Source: an uncultured virus (IMG/VR IMGVR_UViG_3300027708_000053) (Duplodnaviria; Heunggongvirae; Uroviricota; Caudoviricetes). Taken from it: a stretch of DNA of 64,000 bases. Below are positions 45,423 through 55,424 of the stretch, piece by piece. Made by a program: the position numbers and the translations under genes. The notes under the pieces are model-generated. The model had not been told where the DNA came from and searched no databases. It worked only from the letters and a program-made list of their open reading frames with translations. The stretch is from IMG/VR virus record IMGVR_UViG_3300027708_000053; one strand, given 5' to 3'. Every line of letters starts with the position of its first letter. Position 1 is the first letter of the stretch.

Positions 45423-46325
45423 ATGGCTGAAAAATATTTCGAAAAATTTCCTATTATTAGATATAATGGTGCTCCAGTTCGTAACATTACGGAACGAGTA
45501 AAAACGCTTAATTCTGTTTATAATAATCCTATCTTTTATTATCCATATGATATTCAACAAAATGAACATCCGGATGAAATAGCAAATCGTTATTATCAAG
45601 ATGAATATATGGGTTGGATTCTTCATATAACGAATAAAGTAATTGACCCGTATTATGATTGGTATCTAGACCAAGCAAGTTTTAATGATTTTATTACCAA
45701 GAAATATGGTAGTTTATCAAATGCTACTTCAAAAATAAAGTACTATAGAAATAATTGGTATATTAATGAGGGTACGATTTCTGAAATAACTTTCCAAAGT
45801 TTGTATCCATCACTGAAACGATTTTATGAACCAGTTTATGGTGATATTCTTTATTCCATGACTCCACTTGGTTATAAACGTAAACAGATTGACTGGAAAC
45901 TAACAACAAACGCGGTTGTTCAATATACAGTCGAAGCTCCTGCATTTGTTACGGATGAAATAGTTGATGTATATAATGGTAATACAATTATAGGAAGTGG
46001 TCAAGTTTGTGGAAAAAGTGTTGAGTATATAACAACAAATGGACAAACAAGTGTTTCACCACTTTTAATTCAGCACACATCTGGTAATGTAACTGAAAAT
46101 GGTTCCACACATTATATTATGGGTAGAGAAACTCGAGTTAAAACACTTTATACCAATGCAACTCTTATAACAAATAATATTCCTGTAAATGAAACAACTT
46201 ATTGGAGTCCAGTTTATTATTATGAATATGAAGCTGAAATTAATGAGAAAAATAAGTCAATTCAAGTTTTAAAGAAACAATATTCAACTCAAATTGCAGG
46301 TGAACTAAAGGCTTTGTTAAAATAA
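45423..46325 (+). CDS. 53: Baseplate wedge gp53
   Basis: YFEKFP, EHPDEIANRYY, WILHITN.VIDPYYDW, EINEKNKSIQVLK. Confidence 0.88.
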   Translation: MAEKYFEKFPIIRYNGAPVRNITERVKTLNSVYNNPIFYYPYDIQQNEHPDEIANRYYQDEYMGWILHITNKVIDPYYDWYLDQASFNDFITKKYGSLSNATSKIKYYRNNWYINEGTISEITFQSLYPSLKRFYEPVYGDILYSMTPLGYKRKQIDWKLTTNAVVQYTVEAPAFVTDEIVDVYNGNTIIGSGQVCGKSVEYITTNGQTSVSPLLIQHTSGNVTENGSTHYIMGRETRVKTLYTNATLITNNIPVNETTYWSPVYYYEYEAEINEKNKSIQVLKKQYSTQIAGELKALLK

Positions 46326-47561
46326 ATGGGAAATAATATTTCGATTGGTGATGTACGGGTAGAGAAATTACTTATAACTTCTCCTCGTGGTTCTTTGACA
46401 CTTACAACATCATTTGTATCAGCATCAATTTACGAAAGTATCTTTACACCAGGAATAGTTTGTGATATAACAGTTCTTGACTCACAAGATATTGTCGGCA
46501 ATTTGCGTTTGCTTGGTGATGAATTAGTTGAATTTAATCTAGTAAGTCCAAGTGATGTTAAAGCACATTATAAATTTGCTCTTTATGAACGTGGCGAAGG
46601 TCAACAACTACCAAATCAAAGAGCAAAAATGTATGTACTGAAGTGTGTCAGTATTGAAGCCATGTATGCACAAAATGAATACGTACAAAAAGGTTATGAG
46701 AACGTATTAAATTCACAGATAGTTGAAGATATAGCAAAAACATATCTTCATACTGATAAACAAATAATTACGGAACAAACCAAAGGACCACAAATATTAC
46801 CTGTAAGTAATTTAAGTCCATATAAAGCAATTAATCTTGTAAAATCAAGATCCATATCAGTTGAAAATCAATCATCATCTTATGTATTTTTTGAAACTAG
46901 AAATGGGGATAATCAAATATTCAAATTTGTTACAATTGAAAATTTATTTGCTACAAGCCCGGTTAAAAGTTTTGTACAATCTAGTGCTATAAATGTTAAT
47001 GTACTAAGTCCCGATCTGGATAGAAATATATTATCATATCAAGTACCTACAGCATTATCATCACTTGATCGAGTAACTTATGGTGGCCCAAGAAGGATAG
47101 CAACATTTAATTTTACCACTTGTGAATATAATATTATAGATGTTCCAACAAATGATACTAAATTCAAAGACGGTGGTACCGGGTCAGATGTTTCAGGGGC
47201 ATTTTCTAACAGATACTTAAAACCAAGAATACCACCACAATCATTTATACCCATCGATAATTCACAAAGACCTGTAACCAATATTCCTGAAGGCACTCCT
47301 AATTTAGAAGCATATATAGCATTACTATTACAAAATGCATTAAAGATAAGAGTACCAGGAGATTTTGTATTAACACCAGGTTCTACTATTAATTGTACTT
47401 TCCCAAATAATTCAGCTACAACTGGTACTGTTACGGAAGATCCATTATTATCCGGTAAATTTCTTATTTCAAGAATTCATCATAAAATAGGTCTTGTCGC
47501 AGAAAAACCTAGATATACGTGTATTGTAGAATGTCTAAAAGGTCGCTATCGAGAGGGTTAA
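46326..47561 (+). CDS. Baseplate hub protein (gp27-like)
   Basis: IYESIF, YVFFET, VPGDF, SGKFLISRIHH; lies between gp53 and gp5. Confidence 0.72.
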   Translation: MGNNISIGDVRVEKLLITSPRGSLTLTTSFVSASIYESIFTPGIVCDITVLDSQDIVGNLRLLGDELVEFNLVSPSDVKAHYKFALYERGEGQQLPNQRAKMYVLKCVSIEAMYAQNEYVQKGYENVLNSQIVEDIAKTYLHTDKQIITEQTKGPQILPVSNLSPYKAINLVKSRSISVENQSSSYVFFETRNGDNQIFKFVTIENLFATSPVKSFVQSSAINVNVLSPDLDRNILSYQVPTALSSLDRVTYGGPRRIATFNFTTCEYNIIDVPTNDTKFKDGGTGSDVSGAFSNRYLKPRIPPQSFIPIDNSQRPVTNIPEGTPNLEAYIALLLQNALKIRVPGDFVLTPGSTINCTFPNNSATTGTVTEDPLLSGKFLISRIHHKIGLVAEKPRYTCIVECLKGRYREG

Positions 47562-47564
47562 ATT

Positions 47565-49499
47565 ATGGTTGAGAGAAATCTTGGTCAAAATATGATATAT
47601 TGGATTGGTGAAGTTGTCGATGTAAATGATCCTCATCAATCTGGAAGAGTTAAAATTAGAGTATATGGTCGACACGATGATAGAACCAATATACCTGATT
47701 CCGCTTTACCATGGGCACAAGTAACACAATCTGTAACTTCAGCTGCTATCGGTAGAATAGGATCCGCGCCTGTTGGATTGGTGGTTGGTTCTCGTGTTGT
47801 AGGATTCTGGGCCGACGGTAATGATCTTCAATATCCATTAGTCATAGGATCAATTGGCAAAGCAGGTGATCCTATAGACCATGAAATTCTTAATGGTGCA
47901 CCAAGAATTAATACAAATACTGGTAGTATTCCTCAATCTTCCCAAGGCAATCCTAATAACCCATATTCTTCATTAAATGATAATAGAGTTTCAATTTCAA
48001 ATATTGATTCTGGTACCGCAAGTATTTCTTCTGTAAACAGTAGCCAAGGTGCTAATGTTACAACCGCTGTTCAAAGAAATATGGCAAATGCAGGATTACC
48101 AACAACAGCTTCTGCTAGTAAAGATAATACCAGCGATGTTTTAGACATTAAAAAAGCGGTTGACCCACTCGGAACATTATCATCATTACCATGTTTAAAT
48201 AATAGTCTTATTTCCGTTAATTCGATATTTAATTTTCTTGGCAATACTGTCCAAGGAATTGTTTCAGGTATTGTTAGAACCGCGGTTGGGGCTATCCGTA
48301 ATGCTATTTTATCGTTTGCTAATAAAATAGGTTTATTCAAATTGATGGGGATGCTAAATAAAGCTGTCTCTGGTGTAAAAGCAATACAAGATCTTATTAA
48401 AGCATTAAATATTAGTGTCTGTGGTGTCAATCCTATTAATCAAGGATTATTTAAAGCCGCAGATTTTACTATGGCATCTGTAATTGGTGGATTAAATAAT
48501 ATTGTCGGTACAATTACCGGTGGTCTTAATAATGTAATTAACTTGACAACAGGTGCTGTTACTGCAGCAGGTAATGCCGTTTCAGGTGCGGCAAATTTAG
48601 GAATTAAAACACTACTAAATTCTGTACCTACCATTCCTATAGCCGCAGTAGCTACCGCAACATCATCAAGACCTGCTTCAGCTAGTATTTTACAAACACC
48701 ACCTGATAATTATATTCAGCAATATTATACCGTTGAAAATGATCCACATCCCGGGTATATTGAATGGAATGATCCAGCCACTGGTTTATCTGTTTATACT
48801 TTAAGAAACGGTCAACCTAATTATGCAAACGCACAAGAACATACTTCTTTTGCAACACAAAATCATTTCACAAGTGTAATCGGCAATACATTATTAAGTG
48901 GTGGATCTCTTACATTTAATACATTATCACAAGCTGTATCCAGTAGTCTTAATTTTACACAGACATTTGGTTTATCAAGAATTCTTGGTGCAGGATTTGG
49001 TGGAGCTAATAAAATTGCAACCGTTGCCGCTCTTATCCCAACAATTGCTTCGGGTCTACAATCAATATTTCAAACAAATATCAAAAAAGCAAGATTGGTA
49101 TCTTCACAAGTATCATCAGATGTTGATGAATTTGCTGAAGCACAAGCTGTAGCAGCCAGACAAGATCAAAATTTAAATGCAGGTCTTGCTGGTCGACCAG
49201 CTCAAGGAAGTAGTGAAAATAATACCGCACCTGCTGAAACTCCTGCAGCAACAAATTCTGCTCCTGCTGCTCAAGCACAATCTGTTTATGCCTCGGAATA
49301 TGATAGATTAGCAACTCAATATCAACTTGCCGGGGCAAGAGAAGGTGTATATAGCAGAACAAGCGGTGATGTTGAAAATTACATGCGTGAAAATTATCCT
49401 GATATATATGCAGCGGAACGAGCAAGACGTGTTTTTGAGCAAAATAATATAACAAGAGCTGAACTTGGATTACCTCCTTTAACAAGACCCGGTGGTTAA
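47565..49499 (+). CDS. 5: gp5 N-terminal (OB-fold) baseplate hub protein
   Basis: WIGEVVDVNDP..SGRVKIRVYG.H, LPWA, GSRVVGFWADG. Confidence 0.85.
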   Translation: MVERNLGQNMIYWIGEVVDVNDPHQSGRVKIRVYGRHDDRTNIPDSALPWAQVTQSVTSAAIGRIGSAPVGLVVGSRVVGFWADGNDLQYPLVIGSIGKAGDPIDHEILNGAPRINTNTGSIPQSSQGNPNNPYSSLNDNRVSISNIDSGTASISSVNSSQGANVTTAVQRNMANAGLPTTASASKDNTSDVLDIKKAVDPLGTLSSLPCLNNSLISVNSIFNFLGNTVQGIVSGIVRTAVGAIRNAILSFANKIGLFKLMGMLNKAVSGVKAIQDLIKALNISVCGVNPINQGLFKAADFTMASVIGGLNNIVGTITGGLNNVINLTTGAVTAAGNAVSGAANLGIKTLLNSVPTIPIAAVATATSSRPASASILQTPPDNYIQQYYTVENDPHPGYIEWNDPATGLSVYTLRNGQPNYANAQEHTSFATQNHFTSVIGNTLLSGGSLTFNTLSQAVSSSLNFTQTFGLSRILGAGFGGANKIATVAALIPTIASGLQSIFQTNIKKARLVSSQVSSDVDEFAEAQAVAARQDQNLNAGLAGRPAQGSSENNTAPAETPAATNSAPAAQAQSVYASEYDRLATQYQLAGAREGVYSRTSGDVENYMRENYPDIYAAERARRVFEQNNITRAELGLPPLTRPGG

Positions 49500-49531
49500 A
49501 TTGAAAAATATTTTAAATTATAGGATAAATT

Positions 49532-50269
49532 ATGTCGGATACAAATAACCGTCGTCACCCTCCATCTACTTTCGAAGCCGAATATCCGTATAATCAAGCA
49601 ACGATTACACGTAGTGGTCATGAAATTCATATTAATGATACCCCAGGCAAGGAAAGTTTACGAATTTCACACACCAAAGGATCTTATGTAGAGATTGATA
49701 AAGATGGAAGAACTGTAGTTAACTCTGTCGGTAAATCATATTATTATATGTGCGATGGTTTTTCGACTACAGTTGATGGTCATTATGATTTAAAAGTAAA
49801 AGGTGTAATGAATGTCAATGTAGACGGTTCCGTAAGCGAAGAAACTGCAGGCAATAGATATACAGCAGCTGGTGGTAATTTTGTTTTGGGAGCCGGTGGC
49901 AATTTAATAGAAAAAGTAGTTGGTGATAGGACTGATTTAGTCGGCGGTAAACATACATCAACAATCAAAGGTAATGAATTTAAGGATATAACTGGTAAAT
50001 CCGTAACAAGAATTGGAGATACAAAAACCGAAATAATATCTGGGAATTGGTTTGTAACTTCCAATGGTGATATTGAGATTGTCAGTGATGGTAGTATAAG
50101 ATTCCAATGTAAAAATTTCATTATTGATGCTGAATCAATTACGTTTACAACGGCTGGAGATACAAAACCATCTTCCGGTGATGTCACTATCAACTCTAAA
50201 GGCCAAGTTAATTCAACGTCTGTTGGTAAAACTATTGTTACCGCAAGTAAGATTATTCTAAATGGATAA
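49532..50269 (+). CDS. gp5 C-terminal beta-helix spike protein
   Basis: YPYNQA..TRSGH...NDTPG.E...H..GSY.EI and V.G repeats. Confidence 0.8.
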   Translation: MSDTNNRRHPPSTFEAEYPYNQATITRSGHEIHINDTPGKESLRISHTKGSYVEIDKDGRTVVNSVGKSYYYMCDGFSTTVDGHYDLKVKGVMNVNVDGSVSEETAGNRYTAAGGNFVLGAGGNLIEKVVGDRTDLVGGKHTSTIKGNEFKDITGKSVTRIGDTKTEIISGNWFVTSNGDIEIVSDGSIRFQCKNFIIDAESITFTTAGDTKPSSGDVTINSKGQVNSTSVGKTIVTASKIILNG

Positions 50270-50275
50270 TAAATT

Positions 50276-51370
50276 ATGACAATAAACACTTCTGATATAA
50301 TTAAGGATGTCGGTTGTCCAGACACTCTTTTACCGAAGCCAGGCGATCTTGCTATAGCATTAAAAAAGATGGCTTCATTGCCAGCAATATTGACCGTAAT
50401 TGGTTATAAAGAAATAGCAGATCAAATTAGAATCACATTAAAGTCAATTGATGATTTACTTGGTAATTTTCCTATTTCAGTAACAAAACCTGTTTTTGGT
50501 GCTTTATCAATGCCCGAATATGAATGGGAAATTAAAGCTAGAGCTATTGTATATGAGTTTAAACTTTATGTTCTAGCAAAATGTTTGGAAATTATTGGAT
50601 CAATTATCAATGGATTAGTTACAATCCCTGTACCATTTCTTGGTAATGTAAATATTCTGCAATTATTTACAGACGCCGAATATAGAGCGGAAGTGAAATC
50701 AAGAATAACAAAAAATCTAAATGGTGCTCTTGCAGTAGTTGGTAGACTTGGGAAATCATTTAGTGGTGAATTCGGTCTTGAAGCCCCAGAAATGCAAGTA
50801 CAAGAAATTTGGTCTTGGTTTGTGATGGAAATGACAAACATTGCTACCGGCATATTACACGCGGCGTTCAATACATTAATCGGAATGTTTAATTCAATTT
50901 GGAGATCTCTTGGTTTGCCTTCACTTGTGGCCCTGGTTACTTTAGATATTGAAACAATTATTGAAGATGCAATTGCATCTGTTTCAAAACTTTTACCAAT
51001 TGAACAATATTACAAAATGATAATTGCTACTTTAAAGTCAATAAATATTTTTGGATTTACACTTTTGGATTTATTAGGTGGTGCATATGAGGATGTGACG
51101 GAATCTGCTGAACTTACAATAAATAGATTGATCTCTGCTGCCAAAGATTTTGTTGTTAAGTGGCCACTATACTTAATAGAGAATTGGATGAAACTTGTAA
51201 AAGAGTTTTTCAATCGAATTGGTCTCGGTGCACTATTGACGTATATACCATTTACATTTTGTAGTTTTCTTCAATTAATTGGCTTTCCTTTATCGTTTGC
51301 TGGATTAATACCAGCTACATTACCTGTAACTCAAGAACAAATAACACCACCAGCAAACATATCAGGATAA
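50276..51370 (+). CDS. Hydrophobic baseplate-region protein
   Basis: 364-aa amphipathic ORF between the gp5 C-terminal gene and gp25. Confidence 0.6.
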   Translation: MTINTSDIIKDVGCPDTLLPKPGDLAIALKKMASLPAILTVIGYKEIADQIRITLKSIDDLLGNFPISVTKPVFGALSMPEYEWEIKARAIVYEFKLYVLAKCLEIIGSIINGLVTIPVPFLGNVNILQLFTDAEYRAEVKSRITKNLNGALAVVGRLGKSFSGEFGLEAPEMQVQEIWSWFVMEMTNIATGILHAAFNTLIGMFNSIWRSLGLPSLVALVTLDIETIIEDAIASVSKLLPIEQYYKMIIATLKSINIFGFTLLDLLGGAYEDVTESAELTINRLISAAKDFVVKWPLYLIENWMKLVKEFFNRIGLGALLTYIPFTFCSFLQLIGFPLSFAGLIPATLPVTQEQITPPANISG

Positions 51371-51373
51371 AAA

Positions 51374-51796
51374 ATGTCAACAAGAGCCGATAATTTTACA
51401 CAAACAAAATTAATACCGGATCTCTTTTCAGATTTCCTTGATGATCTTACACCACATCCAATCACAAAAGATGTGGTTCGATTGAAGAATGAACAGTCAA
51501 TAAAACAAGCATTGAGAAACATACTTCTTACAAATCTTGGTGAAAGAAGATTTAATCCTAATTTTGGTTCTGATGTCAATCATGCCCTTTTTGAACCAAA
51601 TGATATTATTCTTCAAGAAAATTTAAGAAATGCAATAACAAATTCTATACGATTTCATGAACCAAGAGTAAATTTACTTTCGGTGCAAATTTACAATTAT
51701 CCAGAGGAAGATCGTTTAGCGGTAAATCTTATTTTTTCCATAATAAATAGCATTACACCACAAAATTTAAATCTGATCCTTAGACGAGTACGTTAA
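51374..51796 (+). CDS. 25: Baseplate wedge gp25
   Basis: SIKQALRNILLTNLGERRFNPNFGS, HEPRV. Confidence 0.93.
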   Translation: MSTRADNFTQTKLIPDLFSDFLDDLTPHPITKDVVRLKNEQSIKQALRNILLTNLGERRFNPNFGSDVNHALFEPNDIILQENLRNAITNSIRFHEPRVNLLSVQIYNYPEEDRLAVNLIFSIINSITPQNLNLILRRVR

Positions 51797-51798
51797 GA

Positions 51799-53610
51799 AT
51801 GGCAAATAATTCAATCAGTCTTGTAAATCTTGACTTTGATACATTAAAATCCACATTAAAGTCTTATCTCAAAAATCAATCACAATTTGCTGATTATGAT
51901 TTTGACGGCTCAAATATGTCTGTATTGCTTGATATTCTGACATATAATACACACATGAATGCTTTTTATACTAACATGGCTGTATCTGAATCATTTCTTG
52001 ATTCTGCCCAATTGAGAAATAGTGTTATCAGTAAGTCAAAAGAATTGAATTATGTTCCAAGATCAGCAAAATCATCTAAAGCAACAATAAACATTTCGTT
52101 CCCTCAGTCAAATTTATCAATATTCCAAATACCATTTGGTACTAGATTTACAGGTAAAAGTGGTAGTAATACATTTACTTTTACTACAAATCAGTCTTAT
52201 ATTTTATACCCATCAGCAGGTAAATTTACATCAGCAATTGACTTATATGACGGCAGTTATATTACAGATACGTTTGTTGTTGATACTTCTGTTGAAGCTC
52301 AACGGTTTATTATGAGTAACGATAATATAGATACGGACAGTCTTACGATCGTTGTTTCACAAGATGGTGGACAAACAAATACTTTATATACACAAGCTAC
52401 AAACCTATACGGACTGACACCAACATCAAATGTGTATTTTATACAAGCAACAGAAGATACCAAATATGAATTGGTATTCGGTGATAGAGTTTTTGGTAAC
52501 TACCCTCTCAATGGTTCCGTCATATATTCAACATATAGAATCAGTTCCGCGGGCGGTGCCGATGGTTCCACCAATTTTATTCTTGATGATAATCTTGGTC
52601 CAATTAATGGTATTGGTTCAATAACATCATCAATTAGTATAACTCAAGTTGCATCAAGCGGATCTACTGCAGAAGATATTGAGTCAATTAGATTTAATGC
52701 TCCTAGACATTATCAGACACAAGATAGAGCAATTACAACCAATGATTTTAAAAATCTTGTAATGATGAATTACAGAGATGTTAAAGCAGTAAATGTTTAT
52801 GGCGGTGAAACGATTAATACGTCAGTTAATTATGGCAGAGTTTATATTGCAGCCGCAACATATTCAGGCGCACCTTTATCAAATTTTGAAAAACAAGACA
52901 TAGAAACTTTTCTGGCGGATAAATGTACTCTAGGTATAGTACCAAAAATGATTGATCCCGATTATCTTTATTTGCTTATAACTTCTTATGTTTACTATAA
53001 TCCAAAAGTAACCGTTAATTCTCCAACAGATATAAAGAATATAGTAACAAACGCAATTAGTAATTATAATTCAAACAACTTAATTAATTTTGATACAACA
53101 TTTAAATTATCCAGATTGGAAGCGGCAATTAACGATTCCGATAAAAGTATTAGCAGTAACGAAACTTACGTTTCACTGAGAAAAAATATAAATCCTCAGC
53201 TTAATACTGATTCCTATATTGATATTGATTTTCGTAATGAAATTACCCCAGGGTCTTTTTCATCAACTGTGTTTATCAGTAACGGCCAAAATTATCAATA
53301 TACCGATTTTAACCCATTAAATATTACTATAGTCCCAGTACAATCTACAAATGGTCAAGTAAATGCTGTAAACAAATCAAAAAATGTATATTTAAAAAAC
53401 ATATCCAAAACAGAAACCTATAGCGTTGCAGGGCAGATAGATTATGCAACAGGAAAAATTGCTTTAAACAAAATTACCGTAAATGGTTTTGTTGATTCAT
53501 CATCAATACAGTTTTTTGCTACACCTAACAATCTAGATATTATAACCAAAGGAAACGATTTAATACAAGTTGATTTACAAAATCTTTCGATCCAGGTAAA
53601 TCCAATTTGA
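51799..53610 (+). CDS. 6: Baseplate wedge gp6
   Basis: LDFDTLK, DYDFDGS, LDILTYNTH, ESFLDSA, QDRAIT. Confidence 0.95.
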   Translation: MANNSISLVNLDFDTLKSTLKSYLKNQSQFADYDFDGSNMSVLLDILTYNTHMNAFYTNMAVSESFLDSAQLRNSVISKSKELNYVPRSAKSSKATINISFPQSNLSIFQIPFGTRFTGKSGSNTFTFTTNQSYILYPSAGKFTSAIDLYDGSYITDTFVVDTSVEAQRFIMSNDNIDTDSLTIVVSQDGGQTNTLYTQATNLYGLTPTSNVYFIQATEDTKYELVFGDRVFGNYPLNGSVIYSTYRISSAGGADGSTNFILDDNLGPINGIGSITSSISITQVASSGSTAEDIESIRFNAPRHYQTQDRAITTNDFKNLVMMNYRDVKAVNVYGGETINTSVNYGRVYIAAATYSGAPLSNFEKQDIETFLADKCTLGIVPKMIDPDYLYLLITSYVYYNPKVTVNSPTDIKNIVTNAISNYNSNNLINFDTTFKLSRLEAAINDSDKSISSNETYVSLRKNINPQLNTDSYIDIDFRNEITPGSFSSTVFISNGQNYQYTDFNPLNITIVPVQSTNGQVNAVNKSKNVYLKNISKTETYSVAGQIDYATGKIALNKITVNGFVDSSSIQFFATPNNLDIITKGNDLIQVDLQNLSIQVNPI

Positions 53611-55385
53611 TGTCTAGAATAGAAAAATTTGTATCATCTTTTGTACCTCAGCAATTCCCTTTATTTTATAAAGATGAGGGCCCAAATTTTATTGCTTTTG
53701 TAAAAGCATATTATGAGTGGCTTGAATCCACAGATCAAGTATTATATCATTCTAGATCATTACTTGATTATGGTGATATTGACACAACTGAAGCAAACTT
53801 TATTCAGTATTTCAGAAACACATATTTAAACTCAATACCAGAAACAGTTTTAGCCGATAAAAAATTATTGGTTAAACATATACTTGATCTTTATAGATCG
53901 AAAGGAACTCCGCGTGCATACGAATTATTATTCAGAATGGTTTTTAACGAATCAATTGAATTGTATATTCCCGGTGAATTTATTTTAAAACCTTCTGATG
54001 GCGATTGGACTGTTCCTAGATACATAGAAGTTTCCGATAGTTTGTATTTAGAAAAATTAATTGGTAAACGAATTTATAATAGCAGTCGTAATGCAAAAGC
54101 TGTTGTTGAATCTGTAAATCAGAAAATTGTTAATAATCGTTTTATGCATATTCTTTATCTATCGTCAATAGAAGGTAGATTCAAATATGGTGAAAGAATT
54201 CTTTCAGAATCAGTTCCAGAAATAACTTTAAGTAACGCCCCTGTTATTCTTGGATCATTGACTGCGGTAGCAATTGAAAATGGTGGTTTGGGATTTAAAA
54301 AAGGCGATATCGTTGATATTTCAGGATCGGGCGTTACCGGTAAAGCTAGAATTGCTGGTATTAGAGATGAGAATGGTAAAGTTCAGTTTAATCTTGTTAA
54401 CGGCGGTAGCGGTTACAGTTTAAACGCTGTAATAACAGTTGCAACCTCTTTGGATCTAGTAGTTTCAGGCACCATTGGGGCTTTTTCTGTAGGCGATACA
54501 TTAACTAGTTCCAATACAACTGCAAACGGAACTATTACATTTTCAAATAGTTCATTTGTTCAAATGATTAATTTTAGCAATAATTTAAATTTTTATGTGG
54601 GTGATAGTGTAACAAATGGAAATGGTGTTTCAGGTACTGTTCTTAGTGTAATCGGTGGCGGTGGAGCTAATGCTACATTTAAGATCGGCGGTCTAGTTAA
54701 TAAAGAAATTCTTTATATTAATACTGATTACATAACAAATTATTTAAATGCAAATTTAAGCGTTAATTGGAATTTTCCTAAGAATCCTGTGGCAAATTTA
54801 AATTCTAGAATATCAGATACTTTATCTTTTGTTACAATTGAGGCTGGAACAATTGCATTTCTTTCACAAATTAATCCTGGTGTTGGTTATTCTTCTAACC
54901 CATATATAGACATCATTGAACCCAATGTTTTAGGTCAAGGATTTCCAGATGGATTTGGCGGGTTTAAAGGACACAATGCTGTTGTAACTTCTGCCGTGGC
55001 TAATGCACAAGGTGTTGCTACAGCTGTTGAACTTATTGATTCAGGGTTTGGATTCTCTCCTGGTGATACTGTTTTCTTGACAACACCAATAAATAAGGGT
55101 GTTGTTGTCACGGGTGCTGCTGTAGTCGATACGGATGGCAAGGGCACTGGTTATTGGAAAAGCAATAAAGGCTTTGTTAGTGATATTATGAAAATTCAAG
55201 ATAGTTATTATTATCAAAACTTTTCATATGAAATTTTGGTCAATAGAATGTTAAATGTATATAAAGGAATTGTGGAAGATTTAATTCATCCATCCGGGAT
55301 TGCCTTATTCGGTCGCTTTAGATTAAAAAATGAACTTACGACCGAGGAATCAGAACCGGAGTTTTTCTCTCTGACACAATCGTAA
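53610..55385 (+). CDS. 7: Baseplate wedge gp7-like
   Basis: FIAFVKAYYEWLE, LYRSKGT, IQDSYYYQNFSY, LIHPSG. Confidence 0.82.
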   Translation: MSRIEKFVSSFVPQQFPLFYKDEGPNFIAFVKAYYEWLESTDQVLYHSRSLLDYGDIDTTEANFIQYFRNTYLNSIPETVLADKKLLVKHILDLYRSKGTPRAYELLFRMVFNESIELYIPGEFILKPSDGDWTVPRYIEVSDSLYLEKLIGKRIYNSSRNAKAVVESVNQKIVNNRFMHILYLSSIEGRFKYGERILSESVPEITLSNAPVILGSLTAVAIENGGLGFKKGDIVDISGSGVTGKARIAGIRDENGKVQFNLVNGGSGYSLNAVITVATSLDLVVSGTIGAFSVGDTLTSSNTTANGTITFSNSSFVQMINFSNNLNFYVGDSVTNGNGVSGTVLSVIGGGGANATFKIGGLVNKEILYINTDYITNYLNANLSVNWNFPKNPVANLNSRISDTLSFVTIEAGTIAFLSQINPGVGYSSNPYIDIIEPNVLGQGFPDGFGGFKGHNAVVTSAVANAQGVATAVELIDSGFGFSPGDTVFLTTPINKGVVVTGAAVVDTDGKGTGYWKSNKGFVSDIMKIQDSYYYQNFSYEILVNRMLNVYKGIVEDLIHPSGIALFGRFRLKNELTTEESEPEFFSLTQS

Positions 55386-55391
55386 AAATTA

Positions 55392-55399
55392 TATAAATA
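55392..55399 (+). promoter_or_regulatory. T4-type late promoter
   Basis: TATAAATA. Confidence 0.8.
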
Positions 55400-55424
55400 A
55401 TAAAAAAGGTATCTGGGCGAACTG

